A stretch of DNA of 64,000 bases from Paracoccaceae bacterium (lineage in GTDB: Bacteria > Pseudomonadota > Alphaproteobacteria > Rhodobacterales > Rhodobacteraceae): assembly GCA_022823605.1 (NCBI GenBank), contig JAJEHS010000004.1:85190-149189 (forward strand), in the 5' to 3' direction. The position numbers and the translations under genes are program-made. The notes beneath the pieces were generated by a model. The model had not been told where the DNA came from. It saw only the letters and a program-made list of their open reading frames with translations, and did no database searches. This document shows, piece after piece, positions 45,639-54,929 of this stretch (its first letter is position 1; the number at the start of each line of letters is the position of its first letter).

Positions 45639-48056
45639 ATGTCATTATTTTCTTTAATCTCTTCTACCCCCCCCCAAAAAATTGTTGTCAGAGCTTGGTT
45701 AAAAGCTGGGCAATCCAAACATCCCAACCTGATAGAAACCTCCGTTTTTATTAGCCTTTGGCCATTTATTTTATTCCTGTTTACATGGACAGTGTTGTTG
45801 TCGGTGATCGTGTCAGCCCAGACCCCAGACTGCCCCAACCCTCTTCCAAGTGGTATGATATGTGAAGCGATACAGTCAAACAGCGGCGAATCTGATGAAA
45901 ATATAAATATTGAAGAATCAGAAATTACTATAGAAACAACCGAAGATTTTGCCCATGGTATTTGGGGCATTCATCAAGATAGGGGTCATATCAATATAGT
46001 TTTTTCCGGTGAAGGCATTACCACAAAAGGAAAACAAACCCATGGGATTCACGGCTATCACTCAGGTACAGGTGATATCAATATAAAATTTTCTGGCGGA
46101 AGCATTACCACTGAGGGGGATTATGCCCACGGGATTCTAGGAAGTAAACGATTAGCAGGTACAGGAATGATAGACATAGATTTTTCCGGTGGAAGCATTA
46201 CCACAAAAGGGGAAAATGCTCACGGGATTCATGTCGGATTCACTGGTAATGGCGAAGTCTACATAGATTTTACTAGTGGAAGTATTTCTACGATGGGGGA
46301 TTCAGCCGTCGGAATCGCCGGTTATCGTTCAGAAATTGGAAACATCAATATAAATTTTTTAGGTGGACGCATTACCACAATGGGTGATAATGGCCGCGGG
46401 ATTTTCAGTAGGCATCGGGGTACAGGAGAAATTAATATAATTTTTTCGGGTGGAAGTATTTCTACGAATGGGAATAATGCAAACGGTATAACAGGTGAAC
46501 AGGATCCAAGACCAGGAACAGGTAACATCAACATAGATTTTACTGCTGGAAGTATTACCACAAAAGGGGAAAATGCCTACGGGATTTTAGGATGGTATCG
46601 AGATACAGATTCTAGTGATGTCGACATAGATTTTGTCGGTGGGAGCATTATCACAAGCGGGCAAAATGCTCATGGAATTTACGGTATTAATCAAGGTACT
46701 GGGGATGTCTACATCATGACCGGCGAAGGTTCAAGCATAATCACCACGGGCAATGAATCCTATGGAATTTATGCTAGAGGTCCCACCAATATTATTCGAA
46801 TTTTTGGCAGGGTAATGGGAGGCAAGGCTGGTCTCAACATTTTGGGTAAAGGAGAAGTGACCATTGGCCCCAATGGATTTGTTGGTTCTGGTGAAGGGGT
46901 TGCGATTCGTGCTGATGGTATTCTCCATGTCAATCTGTTATCAACAAACGGCAAGCCATGGGAACACTTTGGAGGGCGTTTTGACGTCAGCAAACCCGAC
47001 ACGACACTTTCGGTAAATCGTGTTGTACTATTGGAAAGGGAGGAATTTCAGGATGTATGGGCACCTTCCGGTTTCCATGAGGTAAAACTCAACCCCGAGT
47101 TTTCCCATGATACCAATTCATTTGACTTCTCGCAGGAAGAGGCATGGCTGAGTCGTTATGGTATCAATGCGGGTCTTTTCGAAGCTTTGCCCGGGGCAAT
47201 ACGAAGGATTCATATGTTTTCCTGTGGCTTTACAACCAATAGACAATCTTCGACTAGTGTGTGTGATGGCAGGGGCCAATACATTCCAAAAGGATCTGAT
47301 ACTGGCATGAGCTATAGCTATAATCAGAATACATTCCAAACCCATATCGCGAGACCATTGTCTGACCAAATGACAGGTTGGATTGGCGGGCGTTTGGTTA
47401 ATGGCGAAACGAAAGTAACATCGGTAAGGGGACAAGGTCAACTGAAGATCAAGGGGTCCGGCTTGTATGGCGGAGTGCATTTGGAAAGAGACAATAACAT
47501 TTACTTACAAACCCAATTCTCCTGGTCCCGTTATGATGCAGGTCTGTCCCCGACTCCTGCTGAAGGGGAAGAAACAACCGCAAATACGACAAGTGCGAAT
47601 GGGGAAGCTTATTCTCTTGGCATTGAAGCTGGTAAAGTTTTTGAGTTGGATAATGGAATACAACTGATGGGGCTTGGCTGGTACCACCAAGCAGGCGCAT
47701 CGGTTGATGCACTTGGATATACCCAACTGGACAATTTGGTTTCGGGTAAGGATAGGCAGTCAAAGATTGGTTTGGGATTGAGAGTTATTCGAACCATGGA
47801 ACTTGTCAGAGACGAGAGTTATCTTGAACTCCGTGGGGTTATTGGGCTTGAACATGTTCTTGGTCAAGACAGTCATGCAACATGGTCTGGTACGAAGATA
47901 AGCAATGTAGCCAAGGAAAACAGGTTATTGGTTGATTTGGGAAGTGATTATAACATGGGAAATCATCTTGTGGTCGGTGGGGACATTTTTGCCCATGGCC
48001 TTTTGTCAGATGATACAATTTATGGATTGAAGGTTGGTATAATCTGGTCATTCTGA
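45639..48056 (+). CDS. autotransporter-type outer membrane protein (repeat-rich beta-helix passenger plus C-terminal beta-barrel)
   Basis: Hydrophobic signal-like segment FISLWPFILFLFTWTVLLSVIVSAQ. About 10 repeats of the type IxIxFSGGSITTxGxxAHGI. The C-terminal ~280 aa have alternating beta-strand character and end in a terminal Phe (IIWSF). Confidence 0.8.
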   Translation: MSLFSLISSTPPQKIVVRAWLKAGQSKHPNLIETSVFISLWPFILFLFTWTVLLSVIVSAQTPDCPNPLPSGMICEAIQSNSGESDENINIEESEITIETTEDFAHGIWGIHQDRGHINIVFSGEGITTKGKQTHGIHGYHSGTGDINIKFSGGSITTEGDYAHGILGSKRLAGTGMIDIDFSGGSITTKGENAHGIHVGFTGNGEVYIDFTSGSISTMGDSAVGIAGYRSEIGNININFLGGRITTMGDNGRGIFSRHRGTGEINIIFSGGSISTNGNNANGITGEQDPRPGTGNINIDFTAGSITTKGENAYGILGWYRDTDSSDVDIDFVGGSIITSGQNAHGIYGINQGTGDVYIMTGEGSSIITTGNESYGIYARGPTNIIRIFGRVMGGKAGLNILGKGEVTIGPNGFVGSGEGVAIRADGILHVNLLSTNGKPWEHFGGRFDVSKPDTTLSVNRVVLLEREEFQDVWAPSGFHEVKLNPEFSHDTNSFDFSQEEAWLSRYGINAGLFEALPGAIRRIHMFSCGFTTNRQSSTSVCDGRGQYIPKGSDTGMSYSYNQNTFQTHIARPLSDQMTGWIGGRLVNGETKVTSVRGQGQLKIKGSGLYGGVHLERDNNIYLQTQFSWSRYDAGLSPTPAEGEETTANTTSANGEAYSLGIEAGKVFELDNGIQLMGLGWYHQAGASVDALGYTQLDNLVSGKDRQSKIGLGLRVIRTMELVRDESYLELRGVIGLEHVLGQDSHATWSGTKISNVAKENRLLVDLGSDYNMGNHLVVGGDIFAHGLLSDDTIYGLKVGIIWSF
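45667..45681 (+). repeat. homopolymeric tract C9 followed by A6 inside the first 15 codons of the autotransporter ORF
   Basis: Direct reading: ...cttcta CCCCCCCCC AAAAAA ttgttg... Confidence 0.95.
45990..46920 (+). repeat. imperfect tandem coding repeats, 87-96 bp (29-32 aa) period, ~10 units
   Basis: Unit starts read at 45990, 46077, 46170 and 46257, then onward. Peptide units include INIVFSGEGITTKGKQTHGIHG, INIKFSGGSITTEGDYAHGILG and IDIDFSGGSITTKGENAHGIHV. Confidence 0.9.
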
Positions 48057-48117
48057 TTGATGGTGCTAATTTGGACTTACAAACATAAAACTACCAATTA
48101 CCCGAATCTTTCTGCCC

Positions 48118-48312
48118 TTATTCCTCGTGCTTATATTCGACTGCCGGCTTGTTATTATCCCATTTGCGATGACTGAGATCGCTTCCATAACTTCTGATAC
48201 CATCTGATAAGCCTATCTCTTTTCTCAATTTGGTCGGCACAATCAAGCGGCCGTTAGTTCCAATTTTCACTCGATCCAAACTCGTCTCAGGACTCCAGAT
48301 AAATATACGCAA
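48118..48312 (-). CDS. AbrB/MazE/SpoVT-type DNA-binding domain fragment (orphan antitoxin-like, possibly degenerate)
   Basis: VKIGTNGRLIVPTKLRKEIGLSDG matches the first half of a SpoVT/AbrB swapped-hairpin domain. The remainder does not match. No toxin gene is adjacent. Confidence 0.4.
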   Translation of the reverse strand: MRIFIWSPETSLDRVKIGTNGRLIVPTKLRKEIGLSDGIRSYGSDLSHRKWDNNKPAVEYKHEE

Positions 48313-48360
48313 AAAACAAATATATTGTGAGTATCTAGATTAAGGACTTAGGTGATGGTT

Positions 48361-50715
48361 CTAAGGCACTGTCTTGATATTTATTTGATCATTTCTTAAC
48401 CAAATATCCCTTTGGGAGAAAGGTATTTCTATACCTTCTTCTTCAAACCTCTTAGCGATGTCGAAGTTGATTTCGGACCTGGCACTGATCATGAAATTGA
48501 CATCCTTAAGAATTGCCCGAATATCAAATTCCAATGCATCCGCACCAAAACGCATGAAAGCAACGCTAGGAGCTGGATCATCGGCCACTGCCGGGTGTTC
48601 CTTTGCAATCTGCAAGAGTATTTCCTGGACCTGCCCCACATTCGAGCCGTAGGCCACTCCCACAGGAATAATGATACGTCCGATCCTAGTACCCAGTGTC
48701 CAGTTCTTGACGGCCTGGGCCATTAGGTCCTTGTTGGGCACTACAACTTCAGCCCTGTCAAAGGTTTCAATCGTCGTGGACCGAACTGAAATCTTGCGTA
48801 CTGTTCCAGATGTCGAACCAACCTCGATCCAGTCTCCCTCTTTGACAGGTCTCTCAAACAGGAGGATAAGACCTGATATGAAATTGGAGACCACCTCTTG
48901 CAATCCAAAACCTATACCAACGGATAAAGCACCAATGACGATGGCAAGATTGGTCAAATCTATTCCAGCAAGGGAAATTGCAACTATAAAAGTAATTCCT
49001 AAACCAAGGTAACTAACAATTTTAAGGGTAGATGACTTAAGTCCCTGATCCATTTTGGTGTATGGAAAGACGTACTGGTTCAGAATAACCCTGCCGATAC
49101 GAGTTAGCAGATAGCCAACCACTATAACCAATAGGAAGACCCAAACCACTTCAAGCGAAATCAGTTGCCCACCTACTTCAACTCCCTGAATGGCACTATT
49201 CCAGAATAAGGTAATTTCTTCATAGCTATAGCCCCAGGAATATAATAGCAAAATTGCAAAGGCCATGGTATTTATCACACCTATTGCCAGGATGAATGGC
49301 CCGCTCCAGCTTTGTAGAATCTCGCTTTCTGTGATTTGGCACATTGCAAAGTAGAACTTGATAAAAACATTCATGGCAAACCAATAGCCGGCAATAATCA
49401 GCAAAGTAGCCAGAGTAGCCATCAATATGGTATTTGCTCCAACAGTGAATCCTGCAGTTCCAAAGCCGATGGCAAGGACAGATACAATTATTGATACCCT
49501 TGCCAATAGGGAAATCAGTATTCCGAGTGGAGATCTTTTGTCGTCGTTATTGGAATGTTTGGGTATGTTTGTTGACAATATCCTTGCAACTCGAAACAAA
49601 AATATACCACCAAGCAAAATGACAATATAACTCAATATTACATCTACTTGAGGCAAACTTCCCTGATAGTTAACAAACTCATTGAAAAAAACATCCAACC
49701 CCAGTATCCATCCGATTATTAGGGACATGTTGAAAATTTGCCTTTGCCATGCTTGGGGTTTCTGTTCAGCCGATTTGGATACAATCAAATGGTATACCTC
49801 CTTGGCTAACCAACTTACACCCAGGACGACAACACCAAGTGAAAGCAGCGCATCAAGCAGTATCAGGCTTTGGGAGTATATGAAGCCCGTTGAAATAATT
49901 GCCCAATAAATCAGATAAAGACTCGACAGGGGTAATATCAGAGTATTGAATACTGATATGAAACTTTCAATGAAAGGTTTCGTTCGGGGGGCATTTTGAT
50001 CCAGCAGGGGTAAGATGGCTTTATTTACGACTTGCCTGCCAAAAAACATGATGAAAATGCTTGAAGCAAGAAATAACAGGGTTACTCCAATATTTTGCCA
50101 TGCTTGGGTTCGTTGAGCCTGGCTCCCCAAGGATTGGGACAGGTCTACAAATACGTTACTAAAAAAACTTCCAAAAAATAAAACGGTTTCTTGCCAATGA
50201 ACAGGGTTCAGAGGAGAAGGACCTATCGAATATAATCTGTCTTTACTTCTAGTCGCGAGAATATTGTTGATCTCGTCTATCAAGGTATTTGTTACCTGCT
50301 CAACATCCGTGATTAAACCCTGGCGCATTTCGGCATCCGATAGATTGTCATTCAACTCAACCACTAAACGGCTCAGTCTAGATTGTTCTGCTTCCACCAG
50401 GTTTGACCCGGCAAGAGCTTCAAGTCTGCCAGTAATACGTTCGATTTCTGCCTGCGTAGGTTGTAATTGTGATTGGGCAGTGTTTTTCCAGACAACCAGT
50501 TGTGACTGCAGGTTTAGAAATGCTTCATCGGAAGCTGCCTGGTTGGTTACGACCCGTTCTGCCCTTGATGAAAAATTGAGCCAGGTTTCGATGTCAAAGG
50601 AGATCCCCTCCTGGGCAGAAAGTATCTGGGTCCAACTTATCCAAAATATTGCAATCAACCAGGTGAACGTATGAAACCTTGACCTGAGCAAGTTAGTCTC
50701 CATCATTCTACTCAT
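48361..50715 (-). CDS. mechanosensitive ion channel, MscK/KefA-like (MscS family with a large N-terminal periplasmic and multi-TM region)
   Basis: C-terminal MscS core: FGLQEVVSNFISGLILLFERPVKEGDWIEVGSTSGTVRKISVRSTTIETFDRAEVVVPN. Signal peptide plus a coiled-coil N-terminal region. Confidence 0.85.
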   Translation of the reverse strand: MSRMMETNLLRSRFHTFTWLIAIFWISWTQILSAQEGISFDIETWLNFSSRAERVVTNQAASDEAFLNLQSQLVVWKNTAQSQLQPTQAEIERITGRLEALAGSNLVEAEQSRLSRLVVELNDNLSDAEMRQGLITDVEQVTNTLIDEINNILATRSKDRLYSIGPSPLNPVHWQETVLFFGSFFSNVFVDLSQSLGSQAQRTQAWQNIGVTLLFLASSIFIMFFGRQVVNKAILPLLDQNAPRTKPFIESFISVFNTLILPLSSLYLIYWAIISTGFIYSQSLILLDALLSLGVVVLGVSWLAKEVYHLIVSKSAEQKPQAWQRQIFNMSLIIGWILGLDVFFNEFVNYQGSLPQVDVILSYIVILLGGIFLFRVARILSTNIPKHSNNDDKRSPLGILISLLARVSIIVSVLAIGFGTAGFTVGANTILMATLATLLIIAGYWFAMNVFIKFYFAMCQITESEILQSWSGPFILAIGVINTMAFAILLLYSWGYSYEEITLFWNSAIQGVEVGGQLISLEVVWVFLLVIVVGYLLTRIGRVILNQYVFPYTKMDQGLKSSTLKIVSYLGLGITFIVAISLAGIDLTNLAIVIGALSVGIGFGLQEVVSNFISGLILLFERPVKEGDWIEVGSTSGTVRKISVRSTTIETFDRAEVVVPNKDLMAQAVKNWTLGTRIGRIIIPVGVAYGSNVGQVQEILLQIAKEHPAVADDPAPSVAFMRFGADALEFDIRAILKDVNFMISARSEINFDIAKRFEEEGIEIPFSQRDIWLRNDQINIKTVP

Positions 50716-51748
50716 AAACAGCCGGTATCTTTTTTGCCTGACCCATCATCCAGTTCGGTACCGGCAAATCCTTGGAAAGTAAAAAATCCTTGTTGAACAT
50801 TTTTGATTGATATCTTGATCCATAATCACATAGAACCGTAACAATAGTATGACCAGGTCCCATGTCACGTGCCATTCTTACAGCTCCGGCAACATTTATT
50901 CCCGAACTTCCACCAAGACAAAGCCCTTCATTGGCCAATAGATCAAATACAATCCTGAGAGCTTCATCATCACCGATCTGATAGGGAAAATCTATCTTGA
51001 GGCCTTCCAGATTAGCCGTTATTCTCCCCTGCCCAATACCTTCGGTAATTGAAGTTCCTTCAGCCTTGAGTTCACCATGTGCATAATAATGATACAAGGC
51101 TGCTCCCATCGGGTCAGCCAAGCCTATCTTCACATCGGGATTTTGTTCTCTCAGTCCATCGGCAACGCCTGCCAAGGTTCCACCTGTTCCAACGGCACAG
51201 ATAAATCCGTCGACCTTTCCCCCAGTCTGATTCCAGATTTCTGGGGCAGTGGTCAAATAATGTCCTTTCTTGTTGGCAATATTATCAAACTGGTTGGCCC
51301 AAATGGCACCATTTTCCTCTGTTTTGTCCAGTGCCATTGCAAGCCTTTGAGAATATTTGACATAATTGTTTGGATCTCGGTACGGTACAGCCGGGACTTC
51401 TACGAGCTCGGCCCCAGCGAGGATCAACATGTCCTTTTTTTCCTGGGTCTGTGTTTCAGGTATAACAATGACACACTTGTAGCCTAGTGAAGCACCAACA
51501 AGGGAAAGACCTATGCCGGTATTTCCGGCTGTTCCCTCAACTATGGTTCCACCCTTCTTCAGTTGTCCTCTATGCTCAGCATCACGAATTATTGCCAAGG
51601 CAGCCCTGTCCTTGACCGACTGTCCGGGATTTAGAAACTCGGCCTTTCCCAGAATTGTACATCCGGTTTCCCTGGACACTTGATTCAATCTTATCAGGGG
51701 GGTATTCCCGATTGAATCAGCCAAATTAGAGTGAATCATGCTTTCCAC
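50708..51748 (-). CDS. cysteine synthase / cystathionine beta-synthase-family PLP enzyme
   Basis: IGNTPLIRL. PLP lysine motif NPGQSVKDRAA. GTAGNTGIGL. GTGGTL. Confidence 0.8.
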   Translation of the reverse strand: MESMIHSNLADSIGNTPLIRLNQVSRETGCTILGKAEFLNPGQSVKDRAALAIIRDAEHRGQLKKGGTIVEGTAGNTGIGLSLVGASLGYKCVIVIPETQTQEKKDMLILAGAELVEVPAVPYRDPNNYVKYSQRLAMALDKTEENGAIWANQFDNIANKKGHYLTTAPEIWNQTGGKVDGFICAVGTGGTLAGVADGLREQNPDVKIGLADPMGAALYHYYAHGELKAEGTSITEGIGQGRITANLEGLKIDFPYQIGDDEALRIVFDLLANEGLCLGGSSGINVAGAVRMARDMGPGHTIVTVLCDYGSRYQSKMFNKDFLLSKDLPVPNWMMGQAKKIPAVYE

Positions 51749-51777
51749 TTATATAAATGATTAAATTGAACTGAGAT

Positions 51778-52878
51778 TCAATTTACAGAAATTGTTCGGG
51801 GAATAAATACATTTCCTTCAGCAATCATTCGTGCGGTTCTTACAACACCCGCCGAGTGAAAATCCAGCTCTCCATCCTTGTAATCATATGTTACCATGAT
51901 TTTCATTTCCCCTAGAGGATGTTCAATTATCATCTCGAGTGGGGATTCATTCGTATTTTTTCCTAGACCATCGGAAACAGTTCCCGGGGCTAGATAACAT
52001 GCTGCCAGACATTGTGAACCGGTAATGGCCATGGAAGGATGGGCATTCCAGGGCATGAAATATCTTGATGAAAAATGACCATTGTTTCTGGCTTTTGATA
52101 CCAAACCGATCTTGGGAGTTACCTGTGCTCGAACATCTCCCATTCCCATCAGTTGGCCTGCTTCAACCCTTATTGCCTCCATTCTGGAAAATAATTCCTT
52201 GTTCTCGTCCAGCTCTTGGGCTGATTCATAACCCGAAATGCCAAAATCCTCGGCTCGGGAAATCATCATCGGCATGGCCACATCAATGCAGGTTACCGGA
52301 ATTCCCTGTATGATATCAACCTTGTTCCCCGTTGGAAACATTTTACCCGTTTTGGAACCAACGATATTCAGGAAATTCAAAGCGACTGGTGAAGACGTTC
52401 CTGGTACACCATCAATGGCAATGTTACCTTCATAATTTACTACACCTCCAGGTGTTTCAATGACCGATTCCACCAAAGCATTGGTATTTGTAGCCCTAAT
52501 CCTGACCTTCGTTTTGTCACCGGTTGTCGGAACCAAACCCATTTCCAGGGCAGCAGGTCCAACACCTACCAGAATGTTTCCACAGGTCGGACCAAAATCT
52601 ACTAGCTTCTTGTCAACACCAACTTGGGCAAAAAGATATTCAACATCAGCATCTGGTTCATTGGATTTGCTTAATATGGCAACTTTGGTCGTTACCGAAC
52701 TTCCACCTCCGAGGCCATCAATATTTCTTATGTTTCCGGCGCCGATAACGGCAATCAATACTTCCGAGAGCTTGTCCCTGTCCCGAGGCAAGTCATCGCT
52801 CCTGAAATACGGACCACGGGAAGTTCCTCCCCGAAAGAACATAAATGGTATGCTGTTTTGTTTCATGTCAATGGCCAA
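51778..52878 (-). CDS. PrpF / 4-oxalomesaconate tautomerase-family isomerase
   Basis: N-terminal IPFMFFRGGTSRGPYF is the PrpF-family signature. About 366 aa. Confidence 0.8.
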   Translation of the reverse strand: MAIDMKQNSIPFMFFRGGTSRGPYFRSDDLPRDRDKLSEVLIAVIGAGNIRNIDGLGGGSSVTTKVAILSKSNEPDADVEYLFAQVGVDKKLVDFGPTCGNILVGVGPAALEMGLVPTTGDKTKVRIRATNTNALVESVIETPGGVVNYEGNIAIDGVPGTSSPVALNFLNIVGSKTGKMFPTGNKVDIIQGIPVTCIDVAMPMMISRAEDFGISGYESAQELDENKELFSRMEAIRVEAGQLMGMGDVRAQVTPKIGLVSKARNNGHFSSRYFMPWNAHPSMAITGSQCLAACYLAPGTVSDGLGKNTNESPLEMIIEHPLGEMKIMVTYDYKDGELDFHSAGVVRTARMIAEGNVFIPRTISVN

Positions 52879-54878
52879 GGTAACCTAAAAAATTCCTGGA
52901 GCAATCCGGGAGGAAAGTCCCTGTTCAGGATATAGGCAAAGAAACACATAAATACCAAACCCAAAGATGTAAAAAAGTAGACCTGCAGCCAATTCAATCC
53001 GGCCCTGATTCGGAAAAACAGTAGAAGAAAAACCCCAAGGGCAAGTATAAACCCGAGTAGTGAGGTCAAAAGGAGCAGCAACCCCAACCAACCAAGAGTA
53101 CCCCAGAGTCCATATGGCGCTTCCAAACCCTCCTTGCCTGTTTCGCTGTCGGCGAAAAGTGTATCACCCTCCGGTGAAATCATCATTTTGATCAGCAGGA
53201 GAACAAGGGCAATGACACCAACCGTGGCAATGGTCACCGGAAATATCTTGTCGGATGTCAAATCAATCAACGAGGCATTGATTAAGGCAATTGATGTGTA
53301 GGCCAGTAGGGCCAGCAAAAAGATCATGGGGGCCTTTTTTTTGCCGGTACTCACTTCCCCTTCGGAAAAAATCTCCTTTGCCTGTCTAATTCCGATAATG
53401 ACTGAGATTAAGGTGATGACCAAAAGAACCAAAACAATAGGAGAGGCTATGTATTCAAATCCCTGCTCCAGACTGCGTCGGAATTTGAAACTGGCAATCT
53501 GATGGGCATTGTTGGAGTAATTTTCTGCTTGGGAGGATAGTACAAACCCAATCAGGAATGCCGGTCTGGACCAGTCAAACCGCTTGAGGAAGATGCCCAA
53601 CACCCCTATGGAAAAGAGGGCAATCAAATCTCCGAGTGATTGTCGGGATTGAAAGGCAGCAAAGGATATCATCATGAAGAGAAAAGGTGCTAGCAATGCA
53701 AACCTAATGGTTGTCAATTTGGCGATACCACCCGAAAGGGCTATGCAGAGTCCTGCCCCAAATACATTGGCCAGTGCCAATGACCAGACGATGGTATAGG
53801 TCAGAGACAATTCATTCTGAATGAGCTGGGGTCCTGCATCAAAACCAAGTAGTGCAAGGCCTCCAATGAAAATTGCCATTGACCCGGAACCGGGTATACC
53901 GAAAATTAGGGTTGGAACAAGTCCTCCCCCTTCCTTGGCATTATTTGAACTTTCTGGTCCAATGACGCCACGGATTTCCCCTGCCCCGAATTTTGATTTA
54001 TCCTTTGTAGTCTGTACTGCGTGCCCATAGGCAATCCAGTCCACCACCGAACCACCCAAGCCTGGAATGACACCGACAATGACACCGATTACTGAACATC
54101 TGATACTGAGCCAGATGTTTTTCCACCAATCCTTTACACCAGTCAACCATCCGGCACCAAGATTTGATCGTTCGGAAATTGATTTATCCTGCCTGAGGAG
54201 GGATACGATTTCGGGTATGGCAAAAATTCCCAGTCCTACAATAACCAGCTTGATACCATCGGTGAGATAAGGTATGTCATAGGTTGCCATACGCAGCGAC
54301 CCACCAGCTCCAGCTTCACCAATGGTTCCAACCAAAAGCCCCAGACATGCTGCCGCCAACCCCTTCAAGGCTACCCGACCTGCAAGTATGGCCACCATTG
54401 ACAGCCCAAGAAGAGTTATCATGAGCATTTCCGGAGTACCGAAAGCAAGGACGATTGGTCTAGCTATCAATATGAAGAAAGTAAGTACAGTGGCACCTAG
54501 AAGCCCCCCAAACAGGGAAGATGCGAAGGCCGCCGACAAGGCTCTGGCAGCCTCCCCTTTCTTGGCCAGGGGAAAACCGTCCAAAACCGTGGCTTGGCTA
54601 GCTGACGAACCAGGAATGCCCATCAAGACACTTGCGAATGTATCCGAAGTTGGTACTACAGCTATCAATCCTACCATCAAGGCCAAACCGGAGACTGGTT
54701 CCATGCCGTACATGAAAGGGAGAACAAGGGATAGACCGGCAATCCCGCCAAGACCAGGAAATACCCCTACGGACAGACCAAGAACAACTCCAATTACCAG
54801 ATACAGTATCTGTTGTGGATGGAGGACCAACAATATGGCTTCATCCAATGCTCCAAATGCTGTAGCAATTATGTCCAT
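52863..54878 (-). CDS. tctA: tripartite tricarboxylate transporter large permease (TctA) with a C-terminal TctB-like four-helix extension
   Basis: The first ~500 aa are polytopic and TctA-like (GVFPGLGGIAGLSL..., IPGLGGSVVDWIAYGHA). A further ~170 aa contain four hydrophobic helices. Confidence 0.75.
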   Translation of the reverse strand: MDIIATAFGALDEAILLVLHPQQILYLVIGVVLGLSVGVFPGLGGIAGLSLVLPFMYGMEPVSGLALMVGLIAVVPTSDTFASVLMGIPGSSASQATVLDGFPLAKKGEAARALSAAFASSLFGGLLGATVLTFFILIARPIVLAFGTPEMLMITLLGLSMVAILAGRVALKGLAAACLGLLVGTIGEAGAGGSLRMATYDIPYLTDGIKLVIVGLGIFAIPEIVSLLRQDKSISERSNLGAGWLTGVKDWWKNIWLSIRCSVIGVIVGVIPGLGGSVVDWIAYGHAVQTTKDKSKFGAGEIRGVIGPESSNNAKEGGGLVPTLIFGIPGSGSMAIFIGGLALLGFDAGPQLIQNELSLTYTIVWSLALANVFGAGLCIALSGGIAKLTTIRFALLAPFLFMMISFAAFQSRQSLGDLIALFSIGVLGIFLKRFDWSRPAFLIGFVLSSQAENYSNNAHQIASFKFRRSLEQGFEYIASPIVLVLLVITLISVIIGIRQAKEIFSEGEVSTGKKKAPMIFLLALLAYTSIALINASLIDLTSDKIFPVTIATVGVIALVLLLIKMMISPEGDTLFADSETGKEGLEAPYGLWGTLGWLGLLLLLTSLLGFILALGVFLLLFFRIRAGLNWLQVYFFTSLGLVFMCFFAYILNRDFPPGLLQEFFRLPWPLT

Positions 54879-54929
54879 AATCAGAGAATAATTCCCCCGA
54901 AATTTACCGGGGGAATTCCATAATTTTAA

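Noticed and set aside
45990-46920. A regularly spaced repeat array that could superficially suggest a CRISPR-like locus
   Set aside because: The repeats are in-frame coding units of one long ORF. The period varies (87-96 bp), there are no unique spacers between conserved repeats, and no cas genes are present.
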